Below are positions 18,283 through 26,872 of a DNA stretch of 64,000 nt, one piece after another (position 1 is the first letter of the stretch; each line of letters opens with the position of its first letter). The translations under genes and the position numbers were made by a program. The notes under the pieces were generated by a model. It did no database searches. It saw only the letters and a list, made by a program, of their open reading frames with translations, and was not told the DNA's origin. The stretch is from positions 3,626 through 67,625 of the forward strand of contig VGWG01000003.1 of assembly GCA_016873675.1 (NCBI GenBank), read 5' to 3'. This DNA comes from Lentisphaerota bacterium. Its GTDB lineage: Bacteria; Verrucomicrobiota; Kiritimatiellia; RFP12; JAAYNR01.

Positions 18283-20015
18283 CGCCCCCACTTTCTCCAG
18301 CGGAATCGCTGCGCGTGGTCATCGGCCGCCGGCTGGCGGCGGTCTCCGCCGTGTTCATCATCATCGTTTCGCTGTTGATGGCGACGAACCGGTATCTGCT
18401 CAATACCATTGATCCGCTCGATACGCCCGCGCTGAAGACGTTATCCGAAAAGCTGGAGCGGGATGGGGAGAATGCCGAGCTCCGGCAACAGGTGCGCGAA
18501 TTGGACTGGCTGGCCCGCCGGGCGTTCTTCGTGCGACAATGGCAGCTTGAGACCGGCGCCAGCCTGCTGGGCGTTGCGGGTGTCGTGTTCCTGTTGTCAT
18601 TACAGCTCATGGCATCGGGACGCCGCCCCACCCCCACCCCGCAACCCGCTTCCGGCAGGGATAATCGCTTTTGGCGGTCCGCCGCGCGCGCCCGGCGGGT
18701 CATCGCGATTAGCGGGGCGCTGATCCTGCTGGCGGCCTGGGGGCTACACCTCCGGATCGGTGGACAGTCACGGACACCCAATCCCATGCCGACGGCACCG
18801 CAGCCGGGACACTCTCCCGCGACGAATCCCCCCCTCGCTCCTGAAACCCTGATCGAACCGCTCGCAGGCGCTGGCGAGTGGCCCTTCTTCCGCGGACCCG
18901 GCGGCCTGGGCATCGCTCGCGAGGCCGATCCCCCCATCGCCTGGGACGGCGCAACCGGCACCGGCGTACTCTGGAAAACGGAGGTGCCGCGGGGCGGATT
19001 CAACTCGCCCGTGGTGTGGGGCAACCGCGTTTACCTGGCTGGCGCCGATGAACAGACGCGCGAAGTGTACGGGTACGACGCCGACACCGGCGTTCGGTTG
19101 TGGACGGCCGACACCGAGGGCGTCCCCGGAGCACCCGCCACGCCGCCAGAGGTCACCTCGGACACCGGTTATGCCGCGCCGTCGCTGGCCACTGACGGCC
19201 GGCGGGTGATTGCGATCTTCGGCACGGGCGTCATCCTTGGCCTCGACGCCGAGGGCCGCCGCCTCTGGGCGCGCCATCTGGGCACGCCCGGCAATCCCTA
19301 CGGACACGCCTCATCCCTGCTGATTCTGCGCAATCTGGTCTTCGTCCAATTCGACCATACCGGCGGCTCATCGGTCAAGGCGCTGGATGTGGAGACTGGA
19401 CAGGACCGCTGGGAACAGTCGCGGGAGGGCGCGATCTCCTGGGCGTCGCCCATCCTCACGGACGCGGACGGACGCCTGCGGCTGATCCTCTCGGCGGCGC
19501 CGATGGTGGCCGCCTATGACGCCCTGACAGGGGCTGAACTCTGGATGCAGGATGTGCTTAGCAACGAGATCGGCGCGTCTCCCGCCTATGCGAACGGCCG
19601 CGTGTTCGCCGCCAACCGGTACGCCCAGGCCGTCGCGCTCGACGTCGCCTCGGGCGACGTGATCTGGTCGTCCACCGATCTGGATTTGCCCGACGCCGGA
19701 AGCCCCGTCGCCGACGGCAACCACCTCTTCATGCCCACGAGCGACGGGACGTTTTCCTGCATCGCTGCGGCGGATGGTTCGCGGATCTGGCGCCACGAGT
19801 TTGACACGGGCGGCTACGGCTCGCCAATCCTCGCCGCAGGCCGCATCTACTGGATCACCGCCGATGGTCGGACGCGCATCTTCAAGGCCGCCGAAACCTT
19901 TGAATTGATCGCTGAACCGGACCTCGGAGAAGCCAGTGTCTGCACCCCGGCCGCCGTCGGTCGCCGCCTCTATATCCGGGGCGTCAAACACCTGTTCTGC
20001 ATCGGACCGAAATGA
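18279..20015 (+). CDS. Membrane-anchored PQQ-binding-like beta-propeller protein (3 N-terminal TMs)
   Basis: WPFFRGP, SPVVWG and repeated DxxTGxxxW motifs. Confidence 0.85.
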   Translation: MTPPLSPAESLRVVIGRRLAAVSAVFIIIVSLLMATNRYLLNTIDPLDTPALKTLSEKLERDGENAELRQQVRELDWLARRAFFVRQWQLETGASLLGVAGVVFLLSLQLMASGRRPTPTPQPASGRDNRFWRSAARARRVIAISGALILLAAWGLHLRIGGQSRTPNPMPTAPQPGHSPATNPPLAPETLIEPLAGAGEWPFFRGPGGLGIAREADPPIAWDGATGTGVLWKTEVPRGGFNSPVVWGNRVYLAGADEQTREVYGYDADTGVRLWTADTEGVPGAPATPPEVTSDTGYAAPSLATDGRRVIAIFGTGVILGLDAEGRRLWARHLGTPGNPYGHASSLLILRNLVFVQFDHTGGSSVKALDVETGQDRWEQSREGAISWASPILTDADGRLRLILSAAPMVAAYDALTGAELWMQDVLSNEIGASPAYANGRVFAANRYAQAVALDVASGDVIWSSTDLDLPDAGSPVADGNHLFMPTSDGTFSCIAAADGSRIWRHEFDTGGYGSPILAAGRIYWITADGRTRIFKAAETFELIAEPDLGEASVCTPAAVGRRLYIRGVKHLFCIGPK

Positions 20016-20037
20016 AACCCCGCGAAGGCAACTGCCT

Positions 20038-22446
20038 GTGAGCACCCCGAATATCCAACTGGCTGATCCGGTCCGCGCCGAAGATCTCGACCGAATCCTC
20101 GACGAAACCGGACGCAACAGCGCGGCGGTCATTGCTGTGCTGCAGGGGATTCAGGCGCGGTATCGCTATCTGCCCGAGGCGGCCCTGCGCTACGTCTGCG
20201 ACCATTCCGAAATCACGCCGGCCGCCATCGTCGGCGTCTCGACCTTCTACACGCAGTTTCGACACACGCCCGCAGGCAGGCACACAGTCAGCGTCTGCGT
20301 GGGAACGGCCTGCCACGTCAAGGGTGCCAGTGGCATTCTGGCGGCGCTGCGTCGCCATTTGAAGCTCGCCGATGGTGCCGACACCGACGCCGACCGCCGC
20401 TTCACCCTGCGCGAGGTCAATTGCCTCGGTTGCTGCACGCTGGCCCCTGTGGTGCAGGTGGACAGCGTGATCTATGGCTACGCGACTCCCGAGACCGTGG
20501 GCAACATCCTGCAGGATTTTCTCAACCGGGGAGGCGGACAGGACTCGCGCGGCGCCTCCTCCGATCCGTCGCCAGGTCCGTCAGTCGGCGACATCCGCGT
20601 CGGCATGGGCTCCTGTTGCGTGGCCAGCGGCGCTTCGGAGATCGAAGCCGCGCTACATGACCGCGTGTCGGCGCTGCGCCTCCCCGTGCGCATTCAGCGG
20701 GTCGGCTGTCTCGGCCTCTGCTACGAGGAGCCGGTGATCGAAGTGGCGGCGCACGGGCGCCCGTCGCGCCTGTACACGCGGGTGAAGCCGGAAGATATCC
20801 CCGCGATCTTAACCGCGCATTTTCCCCCGCCCAGCCGCTGGACCCGTCTCCGTCACGCCGCCGGACACTGGGTCGAACAGCTCTACACCGACGCGGCTTG
20901 GACGGGCGCGCATTGCGCTGGCATGGACGCGCGCGACCCCCAGATCGCGCCCTATCTCGACCCTCAAGTGCCGATCGCCACCGAGGGCTGCGGCCAGCTC
21001 GATCCGCTCAGTCTCTCCGATTATTGCGGCGCGCACGGGTTCGAAGGATTCCAAGCGGCGCTGCGGCTGCGCCCTGAGGACGTGGTGCGCCAGATCGCCG
21101 ACAGCGGCCTGCGCGGCCGGGGTGGCGGCGGCTATCCGACCGGCCGCAAATGGGGCGAGGTCGCGCGCGAGGTGAACGACGTCAAGTATGTGGTCTGCAA
21201 TGGCGACGAGGGCGACCCGGGCGCGTTCATGGACCGCATGCTACTCGAATCGTTTCCCTACCGCATAATCGAGGGGATGCTGATCGCCGGATACGCAGTC
21301 GGAGCGACACAGGGCGTGCTCTACATCCGCGCCGAATATCCGCTGGCGATCCGGCGCGTCAGCGCGGCACTCGACGCCTGCCGCGCCGCCGGCTGGCTGG
21401 GACCCCACATCCTCGGCAGCGACTTTTCATTCGAACTCACGATCATGACGGGGGCAGGCGCGTTCGTCTGCGGCGAAGAGACCGCACTTATCGCCTCGAT
21501 TGAGGGCAAGCGCGGCATGCCCCGCATGCGGCCGCCCTATCCGTCTCAATGCGGTCTGCACGGCCGCCCCACGCTGGTGAACAACACCGAGACCTTCGCC
21601 CTGATTTCGTGGATCCTGCGCCACGGGCCCGCCGCATTCGCCGCCATCGGCTCCGCGCGCAGCAGAGGCACCAAGGTATTTGCGCTGGCCGGCAAGGTGC
21701 GGCGGGGAGGCCTGATCGAAGTACCCATGGGGATGACGATCCGCCGGGTGATCGACGACATCGGCGGCGGCATCGCCGACGGGCGCCGCCTGAAGGCGGT
21801 GCAGATTGGCGGGCCTTCCGGCGGATGTATTCCCGAACGGCTTGCCGATACGCCCATCGACTACGAGGCGCTGGTCGAGGCGGGCGCCATGATGGGCTCG
21901 GGCGGGCTGGTGGCGCTCGATGACGCAGATTGCATGGTGGAGATCGCCCGCTTCTTTCTCGCCTTCACCCAGCATGAGTCGTGCGGGAAATGCACCTTCT
22001 GCAGGATCGGCACCACCCGCATGCTGGACATACTCGAACGGCTGTGCGGCGGCACGGGCAAACCCTCCGATCTCGATGAGCTCGAGCGTTTGGCGTCCGT
22101 GGTCAAACGCGGCAGCCTCTGCGGTCTGGGAAAGTCCGCGCCTAACCCGGTGCTCACCACGCTGCGCTATTTTCGGGAAGAATACGAGGCGCACGCCGGA
22201 GGCGTATGCCCGGCGGGCCAATGCAAGGCACTGATCTCCTACCAGATCACCGACGACTGCATCGGCTGCACCCGCTGCGCGCAACAGTGTCCGGTCGGCG
22301 CCATCCCGCCGACCCCGTATGAACGGCACGCGATCAACCCCGAAACATGCGTGCGCTGCGACGGCTGCAGGACGGCCTGCCCGGCCGGGGCCGTCGTGGT
22401 GATGTCCGGAAACAGGATTGTGAAACATGGTTACGCTAAACATTGA
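20038..22446 (+). CDS. Fused NuoE-NuoF (HydC-HydB / BfuC-BfuB-like) FMN/NADH-binding Fe-S flavoprotein
   Basis: CVGTAC...CLGCC; GLRGRGGGGYPTG; NGDEGDPGAFMDR; GAFVCGEETAL; SCGKCTFC; H-x4-CPAGQC; C-terminal 2x[4Fe-4S]; GTG start 20038 inferred. Confidence 0.92.
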   Translation: MSTPNIQLADPVRAEDLDRILDETGRNSAAVIAVLQGIQARYRYLPEAALRYVCDHSEITPAAIVGVSTFYTQFRHTPAGRHTVSVCVGTACHVKGASGILAALRRHLKLADGADTDADRRFTLREVNCLGCCTLAPVVQVDSVIYGYATPETVGNILQDFLNRGGGQDSRGASSDPSPGPSVGDIRVGMGSCCVASGASEIEAALHDRVSALRLPVRIQRVGCLGLCYEEPVIEVAAHGRPSRLYTRVKPEDIPAILTAHFPPPSRWTRLRHAAGHWVEQLYTDAAWTGAHCAGMDARDPQIAPYLDPQVPIATEGCGQLDPLSLSDYCGAHGFEGFQAALRLRPEDVVRQIADSGLRGRGGGGYPTGRKWGEVAREVNDVKYVVCNGDEGDPGAFMDRMLLESFPYRIIEGMLIAGYAVGATQGVLYIRAEYPLAIRRVSAALDACRAAGWLGPHILGSDFSFELTIMTGAGAFVCGEETALIASIEGKRGMPRMRPPYPSQCGLHGRPTLVNNTETFALISWILRHGPAAFAAIGSARSRGTKVFALAGKVRRGGLIEVPMGMTIRRVIDDIGGGIADGRRLKAVQIGGPSGGCIPERLADTPIDYEALVEAGAMMGSGGLVALDDADCMVEIARFFLAFTQHESCGKCTFCRIGTTRMLDILERLCGGTGKPSDLDELERLASVVKRGSLCGLGKSAPNPVLTTLRYFREEYEAHAGGVCPAGQCKALISYQITDDCIGCTRCAQQCPVGAIPPTPYERHAINPETCVRCDGCRTACPAGAVVVMSGNRIVKHGYAKH

Positions 22447-23992
22447 CCGGCGCCCGGTGGACGTGCCTGCTGGAACAACCCTGCTGGTCGCGGCCCGCAG
22501 GCTCGGCATCGCCATCCCAACGCTCTGCTTTCGCGATGGCCTGGAGCACGTCACCTCCTGCATGCTCTGCGTGGTCGAGGACGTCCGGACGGGTTGCCTG
22601 CATCCCGCGTGCTCCACCCCGGTTCAGGACGGCATGGACATCGCGACCGCCAGCGGGACGGTACTGGAGGCGCGCCGCACGGCTCTGGAACTGCTGCTGG
22701 GGGATCATCTCGGCGATTGCGAAGGCCCCTGCGCGCGCGCCTGTGCGGCGGGTATGAACATCCCCGCCATGCTGCGCGCGATCCGCGACGGCGATTTGCG
22801 CGAGGCGATTCGCGTCGTCAAGCGGCACATCGCGCTCCCCGCAGCGCTGGGACGGATCTGCCCGGCGCCCTGCGAAAAGGCGTGCCGCCGCGGCACGCAC
22901 GACGCGCCGGTCGCAATCTGCAGGCTCAAGCGTTTCGTGGCCGACGCCGACCTCGCCTCGCCGGACCCGTATCTTCCCGAGCGCCTGGAATCGAGCGGCT
23001 TCCGGGTGGCCGTGGTCGGCGCCGGCCCGGCCGGGCTCTCCGCCGCCTGCGCGCTCGCGCGCGACGGACACGCATGCACCGTGTTTGAAAAAGGCGACAG
23101 GCCCGGCGGAGGCTTGCGCGCGCCGGAGCTGAGTGACACACTGCCGTCGGCCGTGCTCAACGCCGAAATCGCGCAAATCGCCCGCCTCGGCATGACCTTT
23201 GAGACCGGCGTGGAGATCGGCGTCACCTGCTCGCTTCACGACCTCAAACAGCGTTTTGACGCAATCATTCTGGCGTGGGGTGCCAGCGCATCCAGCCTCC
23301 TGGACCCCCTCGGACTCGAAAGTGGTCCGCACGGGATCACAGCAAACTGGAGAACCCACCGCACCGGCGACCCCGTGATCTTTGCGTGCGGCAACGCGGT
23401 GGTGCCTGGCCGACTGGCCGTGCGGGCGGTTGCGCAGGGACAGGCCGCCGCCCTCGCGGTCGGCCAGATGCTGCGCGGCGAGGCGGTCGTCGGAACGCGG
23501 CACCGCTACAATCACCGGCTCAGCGCTGCCCTGACGCCGGACGAGCTCGCGGCTTTCATGACCGGAACTGCGCCGGGGCCACGCACGGAGCCTGCGGATC
23601 ACGCGACGGGCGGCTACTCAACGGACGAGGCACCCGGAGAGGCGGCGCGGTGCCTCCACTGCGATTGCCGCAAACCCGAGGCCTGCCAATTGCGCCGCTA
23701 TGCCGACGACTACGGGGTGAATCCGCGCGGCTGGAAACCGGCCCATCGGCGTCCGGTCGAGATCGTGCGACACGGCAACACCGTCTACGAACCGGGAAAA
23801 TGCATCGCCTGCGGCATCTGCGTGCGCATCGCCAACGCCGCCCGGGAACCGCTGGGCCTAACCTTCATTGGCCGAGGCTTTACCGTGCGGATCGGGGTTC
23901 CCTTCCATGAGTCATTGGAGAAGGGATTGAGCCAAGTCGCCGCCGCCTGCGTTGAAGCCTGCCCCACCGGCGCGCTGGCCCATGACCGGTGA
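22427..23992 (+). CDS. NuoG/HydA-type [2Fe-2S] plus GltD-like FAD/Fe-S oxidoreductase subunit
   Basis: IPTLC...CMLC...AC; CEGPCARAC; CPAPCEKAC; GAGPAGL; RCLHCDC; KCIACGIC...CPTGAL. Confidence 0.88.
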   Translation: MVTLNIDRRPVDVPAGTTLLVAARRLGIAIPTLCFRDGLEHVTSCMLCVVEDVRTGCLHPACSTPVQDGMDIATASGTVLEARRTALELLLGDHLGDCEGPCARACAAGMNIPAMLRAIRDGDLREAIRVVKRHIALPAALGRICPAPCEKACRRGTHDAPVAICRLKRFVADADLASPDPYLPERLESSGFRVAVVGAGPAGLSAACALARDGHACTVFEKGDRPGGGLRAPELSDTLPSAVLNAEIAQIARLGMTFETGVEIGVTCSLHDLKQRFDAIILAWGASASSLLDPLGLESGPHGITANWRTHRTGDPVIFACGNAVVPGRLAVRAVAQGQAAALAVGQMLRGEAVVGTRHRYNHRLSAALTPDELAAFMTGTAPGPRTEPADHATGGYSTDEAPGEAARCLHCDCRKPEACQLRRYADDYGVNPRGWKPAHRRPVEIVRHGNTVYEPGKCIACGICVRIANAAREPLGLTFIGRGFTVRIGVPFHESLEKGLSQVAAACVEACPTGALAHDR

Positions 23993-24207
23993 GTCAGGGC
24001 GGCCACATGGCCGTGTTGCGTTTCGCAAGCAATCCAACCAGCAGGAAGAGTCTAATCACCACTGGCCCCAGGGCAAAACGATCACGCTGGCCGAGCCTAT
24101 TCCTTCACCAGGCTAGTGGCTGCCGGTGGAGGGATCCTCTAACGGAGCTTCCGGTTCTGGAGGCGATGGGCAATGTCAAGACACGGTAATGGGGCGGTCG
24201 TTCTTGC

Positions 24208-24237
24208 TTGACGCATCCTTTCCGGTTCTGCTAACGT
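24208..24237 (+). promoter_or_regulatory. Putative sigma70 promoter TTGACG-18-TAACGT (extended TG) for the GH31 gene
   Basis: Motif match in intergenic region. Confidence 0.5.
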
Positions 24238-24348
24238 CTCACTTCCAAACGTGCGCTTTCAGCCCGGTTCACAGCGGGCGCGTGATCACGCCGTATGAGA
24301 AGCGATTGCGTATCACGGAGTGGACCACGGAATAAACGGAGAGAAGCC

Positions 24349-26727
24349 GTGTACTTTAAGAAACTCCATCATCCGGGCAATTTTGTGTTCGCTGACTCGT
24401 TCACCGCTGGCCGGTTGGGCGCAGGGAAAACGAAACTTCGGGCGAATGTGCAGGACTTTGGCGGCAACATTTTCCGGTTGCAGGTTTCCGACACGCGTTG
24501 GGGCACCAATTTGAGCCAGGCGGAGCTTGCGCCGGAAAAGGCCGTCGCCGTACCGGCCTCCGGCGCATGCAAGGCGGCTTTTTCCAAGGCCGCGCGCTTC
24601 ACGTTGTCGGATGCTGATGGCGCCGAGGTTCTTGTCGGCCTGGAGTCGGGTTCATTCGGCATTTGCGGCCAGGCCTGGATGATGCAATTCGAGTATGACG
24701 ATGTCCTTCGGTTCTATGGCTTTGGCGAGAAAGTATCGCCTGATCTGGAAAAGACCGGCCTGCGGACCAAGTTCTGGAACACCGATGTCATGAGCGATTT
24801 TGCGTGGGAGGATCTCCAACGCGCGAGGACCGATCCGCCTTATGTCTCCATCCCGTACCTGGCCATCCGGACGGCGCGAGGGTGGGTCGGCATACTCGTC
24901 AACAATCCCTTTGCCGTATTTGCCTGCGCAGGCGGTTCATTCGAGGAAAGCATTTCAACGGCTGGAACCACAAGGCCGAGACGATTCTATCTGGGCTCCG
25001 ACGACGGCATGCCGGAAGTCTGGTTTCTAACCGCCGGGTCGCTGGCCGAATTGACCCGCCGCTACCAGTTCCTGGTCGGAACGACACCCCTGCCGCCACT
25101 CTGGGCTTTGGGGCATCATCAATGCCGCTGGGGCTACGAAAGCGCGCAAGATCTTGCCTATATTAAAAAGCAGATGGCGCTGCATGATATTCCGAACAGC
25201 GGATTGTGGCTGGATATTGACTACATGGACGGGTACCGCGTCTTTTCGTGGAACAGCACCCACTTCCCCGATCCCGTCAAGGATCTCGCCGCGCTTCAGG
25301 CCGATGGCCAGCGCGTGGTGCCGATCCTGGACCCCGGCGTGAAAGACGAAACTGGCTATGGCGTGGCCGAGCGCGGACGGAAAGCTGACGCCTTGTGCCT
25401 GACCCCGGAAGGGACCCCTTACCAGGGCTTTGTGTGGCCCGGAACGACGCTTTTTCCCGATTTTTCAACGCATGCAGGGCGCAACTGGTGGGCCCGCGAG
25501 GTGCGGAAGTTTGCAGCAAACGGACTGGACGGTGCCTGGCTCGACATGAACGATCCCTCCGTGGGCGCGGCCGAGCTCGACCCGATGCGGTTCGACAAAG
25601 GCCAACTGCCCCACGCGGCGTTTCACAACCAGTACGCCACAGGCATGGCAAAGGCCTCGCGCGAAGGCTTCCTGGCGGCCCATCCGGATCGACGCCCCTT
25701 CTTGCTGTGTCGCTCGGGGTTTATCGGTTCACAACGCTATACCGCGCTCTGGACTGGCGACAACATGTCCAACGATGCCTACCTGACGGCGTCGATCCCC
25801 TGCGTGCTCAACCTGGCGCTATCCGGCGTGCCGATGTGCGGGCCTGACGTGCCCGGCTTTGTGGGCGCGGCAGACGAATGGCTGGCCCTGCGCTGGTACC
25901 AGCTCGGGTTCCTGTTCCCGGTGTTGCGCAATCATTGCTGCAAGAGCGATCGTGCGCAAGAGCCCTGGACCTTCACGAAACCGGTTCGCGAGATGATCGC
26001 CCACCTCATCCGCCTGCGCTACCGCCTGATGCCGTACCTGTACAATCTCTGGATAAACCAGGAACAAACGGGCGACGCGGTCTGGCGTCCTCTTTTTTAT
26101 GATTTTAAGGACTCCAGCGACATGCCGCTCGACCGCATTAACGACCAGTTTATGGTGGGGCCTGCCCTCATGCAGGCACCCCTCACCCACAGCAACCCAC
26201 ACGCCTGTTCACGCGATGTGATCCTGCCAGCGGGCGACTGGTACGACTTGCGCACCGGCGAATGGCTGACAGGCCCGGCCCGAGTCCGCGTCGAAATGGG
26301 GCAGTTCCAGACGCTGATGTACGCGCGTGGCGGCGCGCTGGTGCCGATGCTGCCGGAAGCGCCGACGACTCACCGCATCGCGATGGACCAGATTGACATG
26401 CACTGCTTCCTGCGGGACGGGCAAAGCGCCACATTCTGTTACGGTGCCGACGACGGCGAATCGTTCGCGTACACGAAGGGTGTTCGCAGTACGATAACCC
26501 TCACGGCACGCATGCAGGGAACAACGCTCTACGCCGACACTTCGGGGGCAACCGCTGCCTGGAAGCCGCTGAAGATCCGCTTCGTGGTTTATGCGCCCGT
26601 GGAACGGCTGATCGTCAACGGACGAAACGAGAAACTCGGACCCTTTACCTGGCGCGTCACGGGCAAGGAACTGCCTTGTTTGCGCAGCCTGCGGGCCGTG
26701 GGTTCAGGGACACGCACACCCGGCTGA
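24349..26727 (+). CDS. Glycoside hydrolase family 31 (alpha-glucosidase-like)
   Basis: PPLWALGHHQCRWGY, WLDIDYMDG, WLDMNDP (nucleophile), WTGDN; GTG start after GGAG. Confidence 0.92.
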   Translation: MYFKKLHHPGNFVFADSFTAGRLGAGKTKLRANVQDFGGNIFRLQVSDTRWGTNLSQAELAPEKAVAVPASGACKAAFSKAARFTLSDADGAEVLVGLESGSFGICGQAWMMQFEYDDVLRFYGFGEKVSPDLEKTGLRTKFWNTDVMSDFAWEDLQRARTDPPYVSIPYLAIRTARGWVGILVNNPFAVFACAGGSFEESISTAGTTRPRRFYLGSDDGMPEVWFLTAGSLAELTRRYQFLVGTTPLPPLWALGHHQCRWGYESAQDLAYIKKQMALHDIPNSGLWLDIDYMDGYRVFSWNSTHFPDPVKDLAALQADGQRVVPILDPGVKDETGYGVAERGRKADALCLTPEGTPYQGFVWPGTTLFPDFSTHAGRNWWAREVRKFAANGLDGAWLDMNDPSVGAAELDPMRFDKGQLPHAAFHNQYATGMAKASREGFLAAHPDRRPFLLCRSGFIGSQRYTALWTGDNMSNDAYLTASIPCVLNLALSGVPMCGPDVPGFVGAADEWLALRWYQLGFLFPVLRNHCCKSDRAQEPWTFTKPVREMIAHLIRLRYRLMPYLYNLWINQEQTGDAVWRPLFYDFKDSSDMPLDRINDQFMVGPALMQAPLTHSNPHACSRDVILPAGDWYDLRTGEWLTGPARVRVEMGQFQTLMYARGGALVPMLPEAPTTHRIAMDQIDMHCFLRDGQSATFCYGADDGESFAYTKGVRSTITLTARMQGTTLYADTSGATAAWKPLKIRFVVYAPVERLIVNGRNEKLGPFTWRVTGKELPCLRSLRAVGSGTRTPG

Positions 26728-26872
26728 TCGGCGCGTTTTTTCAAGCCGTCCAGCCTTCGCACGCTCGCCACGAAACGAGGTCACGCATGCCGGGCATGCC
26801 CTTCAAGCATGAGGGGCATCCACGTCACGCCAGCCGCCAACCGAAGATGGACCGCGACGACCCAAGCCATCC

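Noticed and set aside
20038-23992. [FeFe]-hydrogenase, formate dehydrogenase or complex I
   Set aside because: No H-cluster motifs, molybdopterin domain or Nuo membrane subunits
23993-24200. Riboswitch (e.g. c-di-GMP, GGGCAAAA) or sRNA in the intergenic region
   Set aside because: Only a fragmentary match; the other conserved elements are absent
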